A stretch of DNA of 64,000 bases from Octopus sinensis. Taxonomy: Eukaryota. The stretch is taken from the NCBI RefSeq assembly GCF_006345805.1, contig NC_043005.1, forward strand, positions 69,254,001 through 69,318,000, written 5' to 3'. Position numbers and translations under genes: made by a program. Positions within the stretch are counted from its first letter, which is position 1. Each line of letters begins with the position of its first letter. The notes under the pieces were generated by a model. That model was not told the origin of the DNA. It did no database searches and saw nothing but the letters and a program-made list of their open reading frames with translations. This document shows, piece after piece, positions 27,228 to 40,523 of the stretch.

Positions 27228-27411
27228 TGATCATGATAATGATCATGATTATCATGATCATCATCATCGTCGTTGTAGTCGTCATCGCCATTATCATCAT
27301 CATCGTCGTTGTCGTCGTCATAGCATCATCAACAATATATTCATTATCGTCATAACTGTCATCATCATCATCATCAACGTTGCCGGTCTGGTCATCATCG
27401 TAATCATCACC
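27228..27411. repeat. Degenerate (ATC/GTC)n trinucleotide tract
   Basis: Directly visible. Confidence 0.85.
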
Positions 27412-28059
27412 TGCAAAATTAGAAATTATTTTCCCTCAACTGATGCATATTGTTCGGAGAGACACAAATTCGACTGTGCCTCCGGCAGTGTTTCATGTGT
27501 AAAATTCTGTGTGCAGAGTCCATAAAGGACTGTTAGAGCAGAGATTAGGTAAAGCTGATACTGCTCGCAATATTGAATTTCAGAGATTCTGCTAATGCAA
27601 TTTTTTTAGTATTTTCTCAGTATTTCTAAATCACTTTTTATCATAAGCTCGACTACTAATTGCATTAAGCACATTCAGTTACTATTTTTTATGCTTCATT
27701 ATACTTTGCTAATTTCTTCATTACACGGAGAAATCGATTCTGGTGTGTAGGAGAGTTACTTCGTTTAAAGAGTACGCGTCCTCCCGAAATCTTTGGAATT
27801 ATGTTTCCGATTAAAATTGAAATGATGATTCAGCCAGTATTCTCGTGTATAATTTGATAACAACTGATTTATGATATTTTTTCCTCGTATTAGCATAAAC
27901 CAATTGTCTTCACCATTAACAACAACATCGTGATAACCAGCCACATTGAACAGGTGTTGTAGAGTGATATTACACTTCGACATAGCTTCCGACCATGTTG
28001 GTTTAAAAATAAATGAGGTGCTTTGAGAATACAACTTACAAAAATCAAGAATTTACGTA

Positions 28060-29110
28060 GAGTATGAGTTACTTTTGGACACTATGTTTTGATCTTCTGG
28101 CTTTTTGCCGTGAACCTCTGTTTTAACTGCTCGATTACTGCACCAAACCGTACTTCCTTGTTTTATATTTCTCCTCTAATTTCTGTAGGTTGGTCTTTTC
28201 CCCATTTTCCCAGTTTCCTGTTAACCATTGCTCAATTTTTCTTAGATCTTGCATTGCCGGCATTTTTTTGTTCTCTTAAGTTATAATTTCTCTTCAACAA
28301 GTAGTGTAATAGCTCGGAGAGGATACCTTGTTTGTGATACATCCTCCGTTTGTGGGCATGATATGGCAGTATTTATCTTTTGTGTTACATTATTTATCAT
28401 AAACTTATCTTCTCTTCTCATTTTTATGGGGATTTTTTCTTCTGAAGCATTCATCAAGTCGGTAAATCGCATTTGAAAATCAAGCAATTCCTTATTTAGT
28501 TGATTCATTACCCTTACATGTCCACCCAGCACAGTATCAGTGTTCACTGTATAACGATCCTGTTCCTCATCCTTAACATCCCATCACGATTTGCATGTTC
28601 CTCATGTCTACTTTTCTCTCTGCTTCCAAATACCACATCTCTGTTTTCATTTCCGACCATCCTTTGTAGCCTATCCGCAAGGTCTCTCAGACTCTCACCA
28701 ATCTGAGACATTTCTACTCCAGTTAAGTAACCGTTCCTCCTAATCACTTTCACTTGGTTCATTAGTTTAGTTTCTGGCATTGGTCACATGTCCTTTTCCA
28801 TCCAAAACTTCAAGGTACGTCGGCCTATACTGCGACGTATTTCCATCTTTGTACTTTAATGACATTCAATAAGTTTATTGTATTCTCCTTCGTCCACTTA
28901 TGTCTGTTTATGCGCACACCGTGTATTTGAACTCCTGTGTCATAAGGACCGTCTGAGACCAGGTCACTGCCCCTGATGCAGGCGGTTTCGGACGTGCCGG
29001 GGGGAAAACCTTGACCATGACAAGATATAGCTTCATTTTCGCCGTTAATGCTTTCATTGTTGTGTTGCATCATGATGAGAAGAATCGTTCGTGAGGTCCT
29101 CACAAGAGTT
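28060..29110 (-). mobile_element. R4/Dong-like retrotransposon, N-terminal ORF region (decayed)
   Basis: RHKWTKEN...ETKLMNQVKVIRRNGYLTGVEM and EQLKQRFTAKSQKI resemble pre-RT motifs of R4-clade ORFs; three consecutive broken minus-strand ORFs. Confidence 0.65.
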
Positions 29111-29294
29111 GTTATTGATGTCTCATCACTCTCTTCCTCTCTTTATTTGTATATAGTCGTGCCCATACATGTATATACACATCTATATAAATAAGGTGTT
29201 TCTATTAAGTCGCCTTCATAACCACATTGATTATCATGGTTAAAATCGTTCTACCTATAGCATTTAAAAATATGAGTAATAAAATGCGGCCCGG

Positions 29295-29435
29295 TATATT
29301 GCAGCAGATCTCCGTCACTATTTACCAAATATTCGGCAAGCGTTCTCATTTCACTCCTTATAGAATGGTCTATACTAATTAGTCCTCTGACACCATTCTT
29401 TCTTTTCATATAGAGCCTGTTTACGTTTGCAGATA
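29295..29435 (-). mobile_element. R4/Dong-like RT thumb fragment
   Basis: ANVNRLYMKRKNGVRGLISIDHSIRSEMRTLAEYL (cf. VDRLYL.R..GGRGL). Confidence 0.8.
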
Positions 29436-29540
29436 ATGTTATACTATCTGTTGCGGTCCATGCATGAATGGTAGTCCAGGGATCATTCTCAGCTACTTTT
29501 TAGTAATTCTGAATAATAATTGGATGGGAACGATCCCGGG

Positions 29541-29585
29541 ATTATTATTATTATTATTATTATTATGATTATTATTATTATTATA

Positions 29586-29660
<75 letters not shown>

Positions 29661-29710
29661 TTAATCATCATCATCATCATCATTATTTATCATTATCATC
29701 ATCAACATCG

Positions 29711-29748
<38 letters not shown>
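29541..29748. repeat. (ATT)n/(ATC)n tract
   Basis: Directly visible; reads (TAA)n directly 3' of the adjacent Dong-like end. Confidence 0.95.
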
Positions 29749-29990
29749 TGATTGTCTTTGCACAGCTTCTAACGCTGTCAGCTGTTCACTGCCAGTGAAT
29801 TAAGGTAACACCCAATATTTTTCGAGCACCATCCGGGGTATTCGAGCGACTCTAAGCAGTGCTGTTTGCTTCAAGTGCTTCGCTCTTATTGCAGCCCCCT
29901 ATATGTTCCATGAATTTCTCAAGATTTTTGTTCACTGTTCACAGGGCTCCGACAATTATTTGTACCACTACCACCTTCCAAAGACTCCCT
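29749..29990 (-). mobile_element. R4/Dong-like retrotransposon C-terminus and 3' UTR
   Basis: LWKVVVVQIIVGAL*TVNKNLEKF...LKQTALLRVARIPRMVLE (cf. PIVIGALG...LQK.ALLGTARILR.VL) followed by (TAA)n. Confidence 0.85.
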
Positions 29991-31650
29991 GAATATTGTT
30001 CTCTACCGAGCAATTTTTTTGCATTGTAAGTGGAAACCTAGTTCTTAATTCAGTGAGAATGGTCGTGGTACAAATTATAGTCCTTTGCCAATGCACCGGA
30101 ATGTAAACCTAATTAAGTATATTATAATCATATACATCAACACCATCACTATGAATTATACACAGATTGGTAGAAAAACGATTTTCAACATACAATTAAT
30201 TAAAAGTTAAGGAATTATGAATGAGACATTAAGAATGTGTAACTTTATGAAAGAGAACTGGAGACTATACATTTTTATACTTCATAAACGAAAAGAAGAG
30301 TATAACTTTATTAAAATATTGGAATATTGTGACGCACCATAATCTTTGTTATTCTTCTGAAATGAGGTTGGAACATGTCGAAAACCGAATTCCAACAGAT
30401 ATATGTATGTTATAAAATGATCCTTATGCGAGTTTATAGTACATTTTGACTGAATTTCTACAATTCAGGAATCATTAAAGCAGTGTTTACAATAATATTT
30501 TTGCCAATATCAGATCAGAAAATCCATGTACGTGTCAGCAGAAAATCCAAATCCTTTTTTTTATATAGGACACTACAAATGCAAGTATGTATAAATATGC
30601 ATACACATTAACACATTTTCTTCTGAAAAACCGCATCAATGCATGTAAGTGGGTGAGTGTCATTTTAGTGTAAGTGTGTGTGTGGAAATCGCTACATGTT
30701 TCTTTTTATGATCAGTTCGGTATTCATCGTCACAGATTTCCTTAAGTGATTTTCTGTATATTTACTTTGCAAATATATTTCCACATTGCTTAATGTTTTT
30801 CACAGTGTATTTGATCAGGCAATTTAAAAGGAAATTATGCAAAAAGCTATTTATCTCATGCAGTATTTTGAATTAAGCTAACACATAATATTATAATCCG
30901 TAATATTGCTCATTTAATATAAATATCATAAAGACAGTTCGAGGATATATGCACGTGTAACATGTATACAATTCAAACGCTGTATTTCAGATCTCATAAT
31001 AGTAAATAGACTGATTATATACGAAACCTATTCATATGCTTTTGTTTATCAGATATTGAACATGGATGTTTGATCTTAAAAAAAAAAAAGAAACCAAAAC
31101 AAGAATTTGTATTTTCTTTAATTCAGTAACATTTCTACCTTGGTAATACCAGATTTATCAGCTCATACAATATGATACTGGGTGCCAGAAGTTCTTCTGC
31201 TTTCCTCATGCTGACATAAACCCGTCATATCTATATTAAGATTTGTATCTGACGCAACTTTATTACAGTAATACGTATTTCAAATTTTTACCTCAAGCGT
31301 AATACTTTTGCTTTTAAACCTCTTGAATAACAATTATTTATGTGTTAATAATTCAGAAGCAGAGAATATAACACTGCAAAATATAACGTTTTAAACTGAA
31401 TTATTCGTCACTGAAATCTATGAGAAGACAAAAGAATAAGTTTGAATGCTATATTTTACGTATCCTCAGTTGCAGCCTGTCTGTGTGCATGTATCGAAAA
31501 CAACGAATAATGATATAATCATCTTTGTTTAGTTGATACAGAATGTGTGATGATAGCGTATATAGGAAGGCCTTTCTAAATGTGTATAAAGTGCAGGGGC
31601 AGAAATCTTGGTAAAAGAAAGTCATATATTTCGTGGACAATTACGTACAG

Positions 31651-32069
31651 CCTATTTCTTTACTATCAGCAAGGAGCTAAACACAGAGAGAACAAACAAG
31701 GACAGACAAACGGATTAAGTCGATTATATCGATCCCAGTGAGTAACTGGTACTTAATTTATCGACCCCGAAATGATGAAAGGCAAAGTCGACCTCGGTGG
31801 AATGTGAACTCAGAACGTAACGGCAGACGAAATACCTATTTCTTTACTACCCACAATGGGCTAAACACAGAGCGGAAAAACAAGGACAGACAAACGGATG
31901 AAGTCGATTATATCGACCCCAGTGCGTAACTGGTACTTATTTAATCGACCCCGAAAGGATGAAAGGCAAAGTCGACCTCGGCAGAATTTGAACTCAGAAC
32001 GTAACGGCAGACAAAATACGGCTACGCATTTCGCCCGGCGTGCTAACGTTTCTGCCAGCTCACCGCCTT
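31651..32069 (-). mobile_element. tRNA-SINE family C, one head with two tandem bodies
   Basis: Minus strand ggcggtgagctggcagaaacgttagc...gagttcaaattc...gtcgactttgcctttcatcctttcggggtcga; ~185-bp body duplicated. Confidence 0.9.
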
Positions 32070-32188
32070 CAATTACGTACAACCAATGAGAAAAACATGT
32101 AGTGAGATCCCAATCAGATACTCAGTATCAAACATTGTCGCTGATGTAGAAATCGGGCATGCAAACAGAGAAGAAAATAAAAAATTGA

Positions 32189-32596
32189 ACGCAGGAGTGG
32201 CTGTGTGGTAAGTAGCTTGCTTGCTGACCACATGGTTCCGGGTTCAGTCCCACTGCGTGGCACCTTGGGTTAGTGTCTTCTACTACAGCCTCGGGCCGAC
32301 CATAGCCTTGTGAGTGGATTTCGCAGACAGAAACTGAAAGTAGCCCGTCGTATATATATATATGTGTGTGCGTGTATGTTTGTGTGTCTCTGTTTGTCCC
32401 CCTAGCATTGCTTGACAACCGATGCTAGTGTGTTTATGCCCCCGTCACTTAGCAGTTCGGCAAAAAAGACCGATAGAATAAGTACCAGGCTTACAAAGAA
32501 TAAGTCCTGGGATCGAAATGCTCGACTAAAGGCGGTGCTCCAGCATGGCCGCAGTCAACTGACTGAAACAAGTAAAAGAGTAAAGAGTAAAGAGAG
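32189..32596 (+). mobile_element. tRNA-derived SINE family A, full length
   Basis: Colinear with 12686-13091. Confidence 0.9.
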
Positions 32597-33200
32597 TTCA
32601 TATTACATGCTGAATTCCACATATGACGATGAAGTTTGAGAGGTAAGAAATTTAAGATTATTAAATATACGGTAAAAGTACACTGGTGAGAGTTGAAAAC
32701 ATATGGTCTACTTCTATACTAAAGCGACGTGAAATTTGTAAACTAATGCAGAAATAGTTACGTACAGCAAATCTTCACAGAAAATATATTCCCACTCCAT
32801 GAGATACTGCCAATTTGTCAGCATATCTTTCGACAAACATATGATACGTCGGTGTTCATTACTTATGAGCCATAAACGCATCTTAATGAATCGATGCTTC
32901 AAGCGAACCCTATCCTCTGATGATATTTTTTTTCTTTGACAATGTAATTATGGCTGCATGTGAACACAAAATACTTCAAAGCAATCTCAGAAGTTACTAA
33001 ATATGCACATGTAAGAAACTAATACTGCAGTTTACCGTATACGCCAAACAAATATATACACAAACAAATGATGTTCAGGAATGCAGATACACAAATAACC
33101 ATACATGTAGTTATGCATCTATATGCATTTATGCGTGTATCGTAGGCACACAGATACACATACACAGATATACATATATATATATATATATAAATATATA

Positions 33201-33249
<49 letters not shown>

Positions 33250-33304
33250 TATATGTATGTATGTATATATGTATACATATACATATATACATACATATAT
33301 ATAC

Positions 33305-33348
<44 letters not shown>

Positions 33349-33575
33349 TATATATATAATTGTATATATATGACTAAAAGTATATTTATATATATTCTAT
33401 AAGTACATGTGTAGGTATGTATACATACGTATACACATTGACATATAATGTTGTTTTTAAGTGAATAACAGCATGATACATACTTGATAGATACATAGCT
33501 ACCTAATTAGAAGTGCAAAATCATACGTATATATGCCATCCATAATTATATTTAGACATTTCCTCCCATTCTCTG

Positions 33576-33647
33576 TATTATTATTACCTATGATATTATT
33601 TTTAGCACCATCGTCATCATCATGATTATCATTATTCTTTCTATTAC

Positions 33648-33696
<49 letters not shown>

Positions 33697-33820
33697 GTTG
33701 CTGGTGTTGTTTTTGTTGTTGTTGTTGTGGCTGTTGCTGTTGTTTTTGCTGTTGGTGTTGTTGTTGATGTTATTCTTCTAATTATTATTTATCATCATTA
33801 TTATTACGACCATCATCATT
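33576..33820. repeat. (ATT)n/(GTT)n trinucleotide tract
   Basis: Directly visible. Confidence 0.9.
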
Positions 33821-34149
33821 TAATCAGTAATACTCCGAGGACGATTTTGTAAAGCTATCACCTAGTTAGTTGAAGTCAGAGAGGCGGATACAGAAAGAGA
33901 TAAATATTAGAGCTGAGGCCTAGAAAAATGGAACTCTATTATGGTATAAGTTTAATAATTAATTGGTAATGACAAAAAAGATGAAAAAGAATGTATCAGG
34001 CGCACAGAGAGATGCTGTAATTTTGATGGAGTAAAGCTTGAGAGAGAGAGAGAGAGAAATAAAGAAAGATAGAAAGAAAGAAAGTGTGTGTGTTTATTGT
34101 AATTGCACCTTCAATGTGGATATTTACACGATCTCTAAAATCGAAAGAC

Positions 34150-34833
34150 TCTGAAAACTATAAAATTCTTTAGATTCTGCAAGCAAGGCAATCCAAGGTA
34201 GGTTATGAAAGTCCAAGAAGACATGAAGAAAACTACAGAAATGAAAAAAATGCACTTTAAATTGAAGGTAGTCAATACCTATTGGGGGTCCAAATTTTCA
34301 GGATGAAAATGTTGAGAGGTCTCCCTCAGGGTATAGCACAGGAGCTAGATGAGTGCTTGCGGGAAGGCGTAGTACTCAGCTGGGTGGGTGACAAAGAGAA
34401 AGACATTGTTGTGTGCCAAGGATACCGAAAAGGGAAATGCTGCATCCAAATTCAGACCAATAACATGCCGTCTGCTAATGTGAAAACTAAGGTCAGATGC
34501 TTTGGCCGGAGACTTGTACAGATACTTGAAAAATGTGGGTTGCTACCCATTGAACAGAAATGGTAGCAAAAATGAGCCGCTGATCAAAGTAGCAGCTCTT
34601 AAATGATAAATTAATTATCAGGCACTGCAAGAGAAGACATACAAACACGAGCATAGCCTGGGTTGACAATCGGAAAGCAAAGGATATGGTATCACACTCC
34701 TGGATAATAAGAACAGTGGAAATGTATGGAGTAGCAGTAAATATGAGAAGCCTTATATGGAATACCATGAAATGCTGGACAACCGAATTAACAGCTGGGA
34801 GCCACGTATTAGGAGGGGTGAAAATAAAGCTGT
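34150..34833 (+). mobile_element. R4/Dong-clade RT domains 0-3a, decayed
   Basis: TLLCAKDTEKGNAASKFRPITC, LLPIEQK, SIAWVDNRKAKDMVSHSWII (WIDY.KAYD.VPH.WI), MKCWTTEL. Confidence 0.85.
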
Positions 34834-35283
34834 AGCAAGTGAACACCAAATATATAGGGCGTGTTTTCATTGGCTAAACTGTCAACTTGACCGTCCCCAA
34901 ATACAACAATATATATTTCAACACACGAATTCACATCAAGAATTTTGTAAAACGTATCGTAACACAGGTAATTCTTTTGTTTCGGTTGCTGTTGCTCTTT
35001 TCGCTATATATTCCTATGAGCAGTCATACGCTCACACGCAATCGTATGAGAGAAAATACATAACTTCAGACATATTATAGATATACATTAGTTAATGTAT
35101 TCTCCTTTTAAAACTATGAGTAATGATTTTAACAATACTTTCTAAATATTTTTTGCTGAAAATCCACTGCTTATAGAATGTAAATTTCGCATACTTCTTT
35201 ATATTTTATGGAAAATTCATATGTAGGCATATGAGTAGAAGTCTTTTATAAACCTAACACACACACAGACACACACACACACA

Positions 35284-35370
<87 letters not shown>

Positions 35371-36149
35371 CAAGCATATTTAAGTGTGTGTGTGTATCTG
35401 TGTGTACTTAACTTCAGCAATCACACAACGAAATATGTTCAGTTTTCAATTACTTTTTGGGAGAGAAACGTTTGCCTCACGATATTACGCAGAAAACAAT
35501 ATGTGCTTCATAATGTATAATATATATATATATATATTTGTATTTTAAATTATGTAAGGCTTTTCATGCAATAATCAACATATCAAATAAATAAAATAAA
35601 ATATAAGACAAGTAAATCAATAAAATGTTTCCGAAAGGATGTTATACATAAATGCATACTTCTTTACTCACAATATTAAATACTTGAACATCTACAAAAA
35701 CGTGAGTTTTTCAGCATGTGTTTGTCTGTGTGTTTGTATGTGTGTGTGTGTGTGCGTGTGTGTGCGTGTGTGTGTGTATGCGTGCGAGCAGGTGGGTATC
35801 AACGTGATTATGCCGGTTGGGATGTGCTTGTGAGTGAAAGCTTCCTTGACTCTATTTTACAAATATTAATTCACACTGTTTGCAATATTGCTATTTTGTA
35901 ACATAGAAAACAAATCAAACAGAAATAAGTAGCACGGATAGAATGGACAGAGAGATATAAACAGCATCAAATTATTGAAAGATAAACAAATATGATGGCC
36001 TTAAGTGTAAAAGAATAAAAATACTAAACATAGAAATCATAATAACTCTTATAGTTTGAGAGAAACTTTCAAAAATACACGTTTATATGTTTAATTCTCT
36101 ATATGCTTATTTTCGTAAGCAAACAGGCAATATAAAATAGTGAAATGAG

Positions 36150-36198
<49 letters not shown>

Positions 36199-36220
36199 CC
36201 TCTATACACACACACGCACG

Positions 36221-36359
<139 letters not shown>

Positions 36360-37317
36360 CATAAAAGAATTTGTATTTGTATGTCCGTATACTCCTTATG
36401 CATTCGGAAACTGAATTTCCGATTTTGACGTACGTACTATTAAAAATTCAGTAATCTTTCGTTTACTAAATAAACTTTTTCTTCGGCTACATATTTTCTA
36501 CGTTACCTCAACAGCCAGCTTTAATTATTTGAAAGATACTGCACTACAACGACCAGGTTCCATTCTAAAGCGAAACTAGTTTCACACGAAAATAGTTTTC
36601 CACGGAGAAAAAGAAACAGAGAGAACGAATCTTTAAGACTTTTCTTCTTTTTTTCCGTAAAAAAAGACTAATATCTTCCCAGACAACCACCCAACACCTC
36701 AACACTTCCAAAAAGCTTCAAACTCCCAACGTTTAATCTGTAGCTTTTTGGAAAACGGGTAAGTTTCTTCAAACATCATGTTTCTAGTATGTCGGGTCTT
36801 CTGGATGTGGTCCGGCGTTTTTTACGTCTTCTGTTCCAGTACAATTCTACGCATGCGTGAAACATCAGAAAAAAAGTGAAACATTGTGAAGTTTTAGCTT
36901 CTTGAAAGCAAGTAGGTGATGGTAGGGTGAGGTGGTGGAAGGAGAACTGAGTATTTCTTGAAGAAAAATTAAAATTTAAAAAAGAAATATATATTTTCCA
37001 GATTTGTAATCTCTGTATATTTGTATTTGGATGGAAAACGAAAAAAATCGAAAAACGTTACAAAGAAATTGCGGTGCGGACACATAAACGTTTCGAAAAG
37101 GTTATTTCTGGGAATAATCGTATTAACCCCCTTTTATATCATGAAACAATACATAGTGTATGAATCATCTTAAGAACAGTAAACATTTTCATTCAAACCC
37201 ATGCTAATTTTACCATTCCCTTCACTTTTGAACAAACAATAACTTACATTACAACCGTAATCCAGTTCACTATACATCAGCGGTGCCGATCCTCCCCATA
37301 AGAAAGGAACAAACAGT

Positions 37318-37643
37318 CTTTTCTACTCTAGGCACAAGGCCCGACATTTTTGAGTAGATCGACCCCAGTGCGCAACTGGTACTTAATTTATCGACCCCGA
37401 ATTGGTGATAAGCAAAGTCGACCTAGGCGGAATTTGAACTCAGGACGTGAATTCAGACGAAATACCGTTAAGCATTTCATCCGGAGTCCTAAAGTTTCTT
37501 ATTTCTTTATTGACCAATAGAAGGGACAAACAAGGACAGAAAAAAGGGATTAAGTCGACGACATCGACCCCAGTGTGTAACTGAAAATTAATTTATCGAC
37601 CACGAAGTGATGAAAGGCAAAGTCGACCTCGGCGGAATTTGAC
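37318..37643 (-). mobile_element. Two tandem SINE family C copies
   Basis: tcgaccccagtg..aactg...tttatcgac...gcaaagtcgacct.ggcggaatttga occurs twice. Confidence 0.85.
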
Positions 37644-37724
37644 TATTTATTTATTACTTTTTTCCTCCCCTTCTTCTTTGTCTTCTTCCTCATTTGATAG
37701 TATAAATATTACTATTACTTTTCG

Positions 37725-37920
37725 CGTTATTGGTAGCACACTGGAAACATATTTAGGCGTCATTTCGTCCGTTGTCTTAGCAATGTAAATGCAAATTCCG
37801 CAGACGTCGACTTTGCGTGTCACCCTTTCATAAAATAAGTACGTGTGTATGACTGCGGACGCTAAATCGACGTCCCCTTCCATTTAAACACTGCTGGCCC
37901 TGTGCCAACATTTGAAACTA
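37725..37920 (+). mobile_element. Degenerate SINE family C copy
   Basis: caaattccgcagacgtcgactttgc...ggccctgtgccaacatttgaaac. Confidence 0.65.
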
Positions 37921-38670
37921 AAATTGATTTTTGTTGTTCTTTTTAATATTTATTTTCGTTATTATTTCTGTATGCCTGGCAGATCTTGAATAGCTGAAGT
38001 TTTGGAAATCACTTGTATTTTAGTTAAAATGGGAGATGTTTTCTTATTCTTCAGTTATGTGCACTTCGACGATATATACCAAGTATGATTAAGTATGAGT
38101 CAGAAACTTGTTTGGCTCACATCACTGGTAGCTATTTTACGAATATACCCAACCGGATTTACCATCCTGAATCTTAGTCAATAGTGTGTAAAGAGAAGAA
38201 ATATAATCTCCCATAGAAAGAGACATTGGAAAGACATTGGAAAGACAAAAGGAAACATGCTTTGGTAAATCTAAATGTGATGTTTTCTCTCTTGATTTAA
38301 AAAAAAGACTATGGGCATTACAACTAGTATGACTTCACTGGACTAATTGAGAGTATGTAACATCATAAAAGGAATATCCAAAACTGCAGAACTAATGCGA
38401 TTAAGAATAACAATAACAAGTGAAGAAGAATAACATCTAAAAGTTTGAGGATGATATAATACTGAGTGATGAGACAAAAGAAAACGAACTGGGTATTTTG
38501 CAACATGTTTACAAGATAAATGGAAGAAATCAAATAGACATTCTTTATAATACTGTTGACATCACGACGCTTTATCTTTCGAAGAAAATAACATCCACAA
38601 GACATAAGAACATTAATTTGAAGATGTATGTCTGGAGCAAGTGTGAAACTGGAAACCAACTAGGTATATC

Positions 38671-38714
<44 letters not shown>

Positions 38715-39649
38715 GTAATAGAAAGGATAATGATAATCATGGTGATGACGATGGTGCTAAAATAATATCATAGGTAATAATAATACGGAGATATAAAATA
38801 AGATATGTGGCGTATCCTTTGTGGAAATGTACGTCATGTAGTCTTTTGTTGCACTTAAGTAGTGATTAAGAAATGCATACCGTGTAAAGTCTAAATCAAA
38901 TAACGTAGAGGTAATCTGAATGAGCTTTGCTAATTTAGTATAATATTTTCCTCTACTGTTCACTGTTGAAGCGGTAATAGAAACTTATAATCATATAATT
39001 TTAAAACGGATTATGTCATGTAGATTATGTCATTCACAAGTATCGTTTCAAGAAACCTGTCATGTACTAAAAGTAATATTCAAATCACCGCTCATGAGGA
39101 AACATGAATAATGAAGTACAAATGCAATGTTTCATAATCCTGCAAGAAAGGAGCGTGTAAGACTGAAATGACAAATAAAATATAAAAACAAAAAAATTAA
39201 ATACAGTACCGGGTATCAAACTGCTGATATCACAAGTTTTGCTCAATGTTTTGTGAACATTATAAATATTGTAAGGCATGACATGGACAACATGAAATCC
39301 AAGTAATCCTTAAGTGTAACGGTTTTGAGTATGTCTCCAGTAAGGTTGACGTCATGCCACTCCACATTAGACGGCTACTGGAGACTCTGGCCAAAGCCTG
39401 TATGGGGAGGATTGCTGCTGGAAGCCCACAGGTGTAATAGCAGGATTCGGATAATTGCCTTACCTATGGAAAAAGTAAGAGGTGAGTCGGTGAATGTCTA
39501 CAACTCTATCAGAAATTTTTCTACTCCCTAATTGCACCGAGTTTTCAATCGCATAGATGACAATGCGTGGGGGGGGGGCGGTGATGAAACAGATATACTA
39601 AGCCACTTGTGTTTTAATTGATTAATATCAAATTTTAGCCTTATTTAAT

Positions 39650-39693
<44 letters not shown>

Positions 39694-39848
39694 TTATTAT
39701 ATATAGGGATTTCTTGCCCGGATTGGCCTCACTAGCCACCTCCGGTCTCATAGCAGCAATTCCACCAAATGATGTCAATGGTCATCTCCGAACCCGAAGG
39801 ACGAACATTATATATATATGCATATATATATATATATATATATATACC

Positions 39849-40052
39849 TTATTTAAAAGCAGCAGAAAATTCCTGTTCGTCGGACAGTTTTTGCTAGAAT
39901 GCTAGCAAAAACTGTCCGACGAACGGAACGTGAAACTCAGAGTAACAGGTTTTGTTGAATTTTCTGCTGCTTTTAAATAAAGCATATTACTCTACCACTG
40001 ATATTTGAGTACTCTTTTTCCACCTTGTTTCACATTTATATGTTTACTCCGG
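39849..40052 (+). mobile_element. Nested fold-back PLE-like element, copy 1 (copy 2 at 40256-40461)
   Basis: Outer arms 39849-39872/39957-39980, inner arms 39875-39897/39902-39924, ~70-bp tail, TA flanks. Confidence 0.85.
39912..39948 (+). ncRNA. Minimal type I hammerhead motif, U4C core variant
   Basis: ctgt CCGACGA acg-gaa-cgt GAAA ctcagag TA acag. Confidence 0.7.
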
Positions 40053-40088
<36 letters not shown>

Positions 40089-40318
40089 ATATATATATAT
40101 TTATTATATATAGGGATTTCTTGCCCGGATTGGCCTCACTAGCCACCTCCGGTCTCATAGCAGCAATTCCACCAAATGATGTCAATGGTCATCTCCGAAC
40201 CCGAAGGACGAACATTATATATATATGCATATATATATATATATATATATATACCTTATTTAAAAGCAGCAGAAAATTCCTGTTCGTCGGACAGTTTTTG
40301 CTAGAATGCTAGCAAAAA

Positions 40319-40356
40319 CTGTCCGACGAACGGGAACGTGAAACTCAGAGTAACAG
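40319..40356 (+). ncRNA. Minimal type I hammerhead motif, U4C core variant (second copy)
   Basis: ctgt CCGACGA acg-ggaa-cgt GAAA ctcagag TA acag. Confidence 0.7.
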
Positions 40357-40458
40357 GTTTTGTTGAATTTTCTGCTGCTTTTAAATAAAGCATATTACTC
40401 TACCACTGATATTTGAGTACTCTTTTTCCACCTTGTTTCACATTTATATGTTTACTCC

Positions 40459-40523
<65 letters not shown>

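Larger units (their letters stand above)
39690..40461. repeat. Near-perfect 407-bp tandem duplication embedded in (TA)n
   Basis: 39690-40052 matches 40098-40461 (one visible indel, cggaac/cgggaac). Confidence 0.9.

Noticed and set aside
37950-38660. Very decayed R4-like RT traces (VDITTLYLSKK)
   Set aside because: Only isolated motif-like words; not enough support
39341-39481. Possible coding exon (ctccag acceptor, gtaaga/gtgagt donors)
   Set aside because: Peptide unrecognisable, no partner exons; could be a TE fragment
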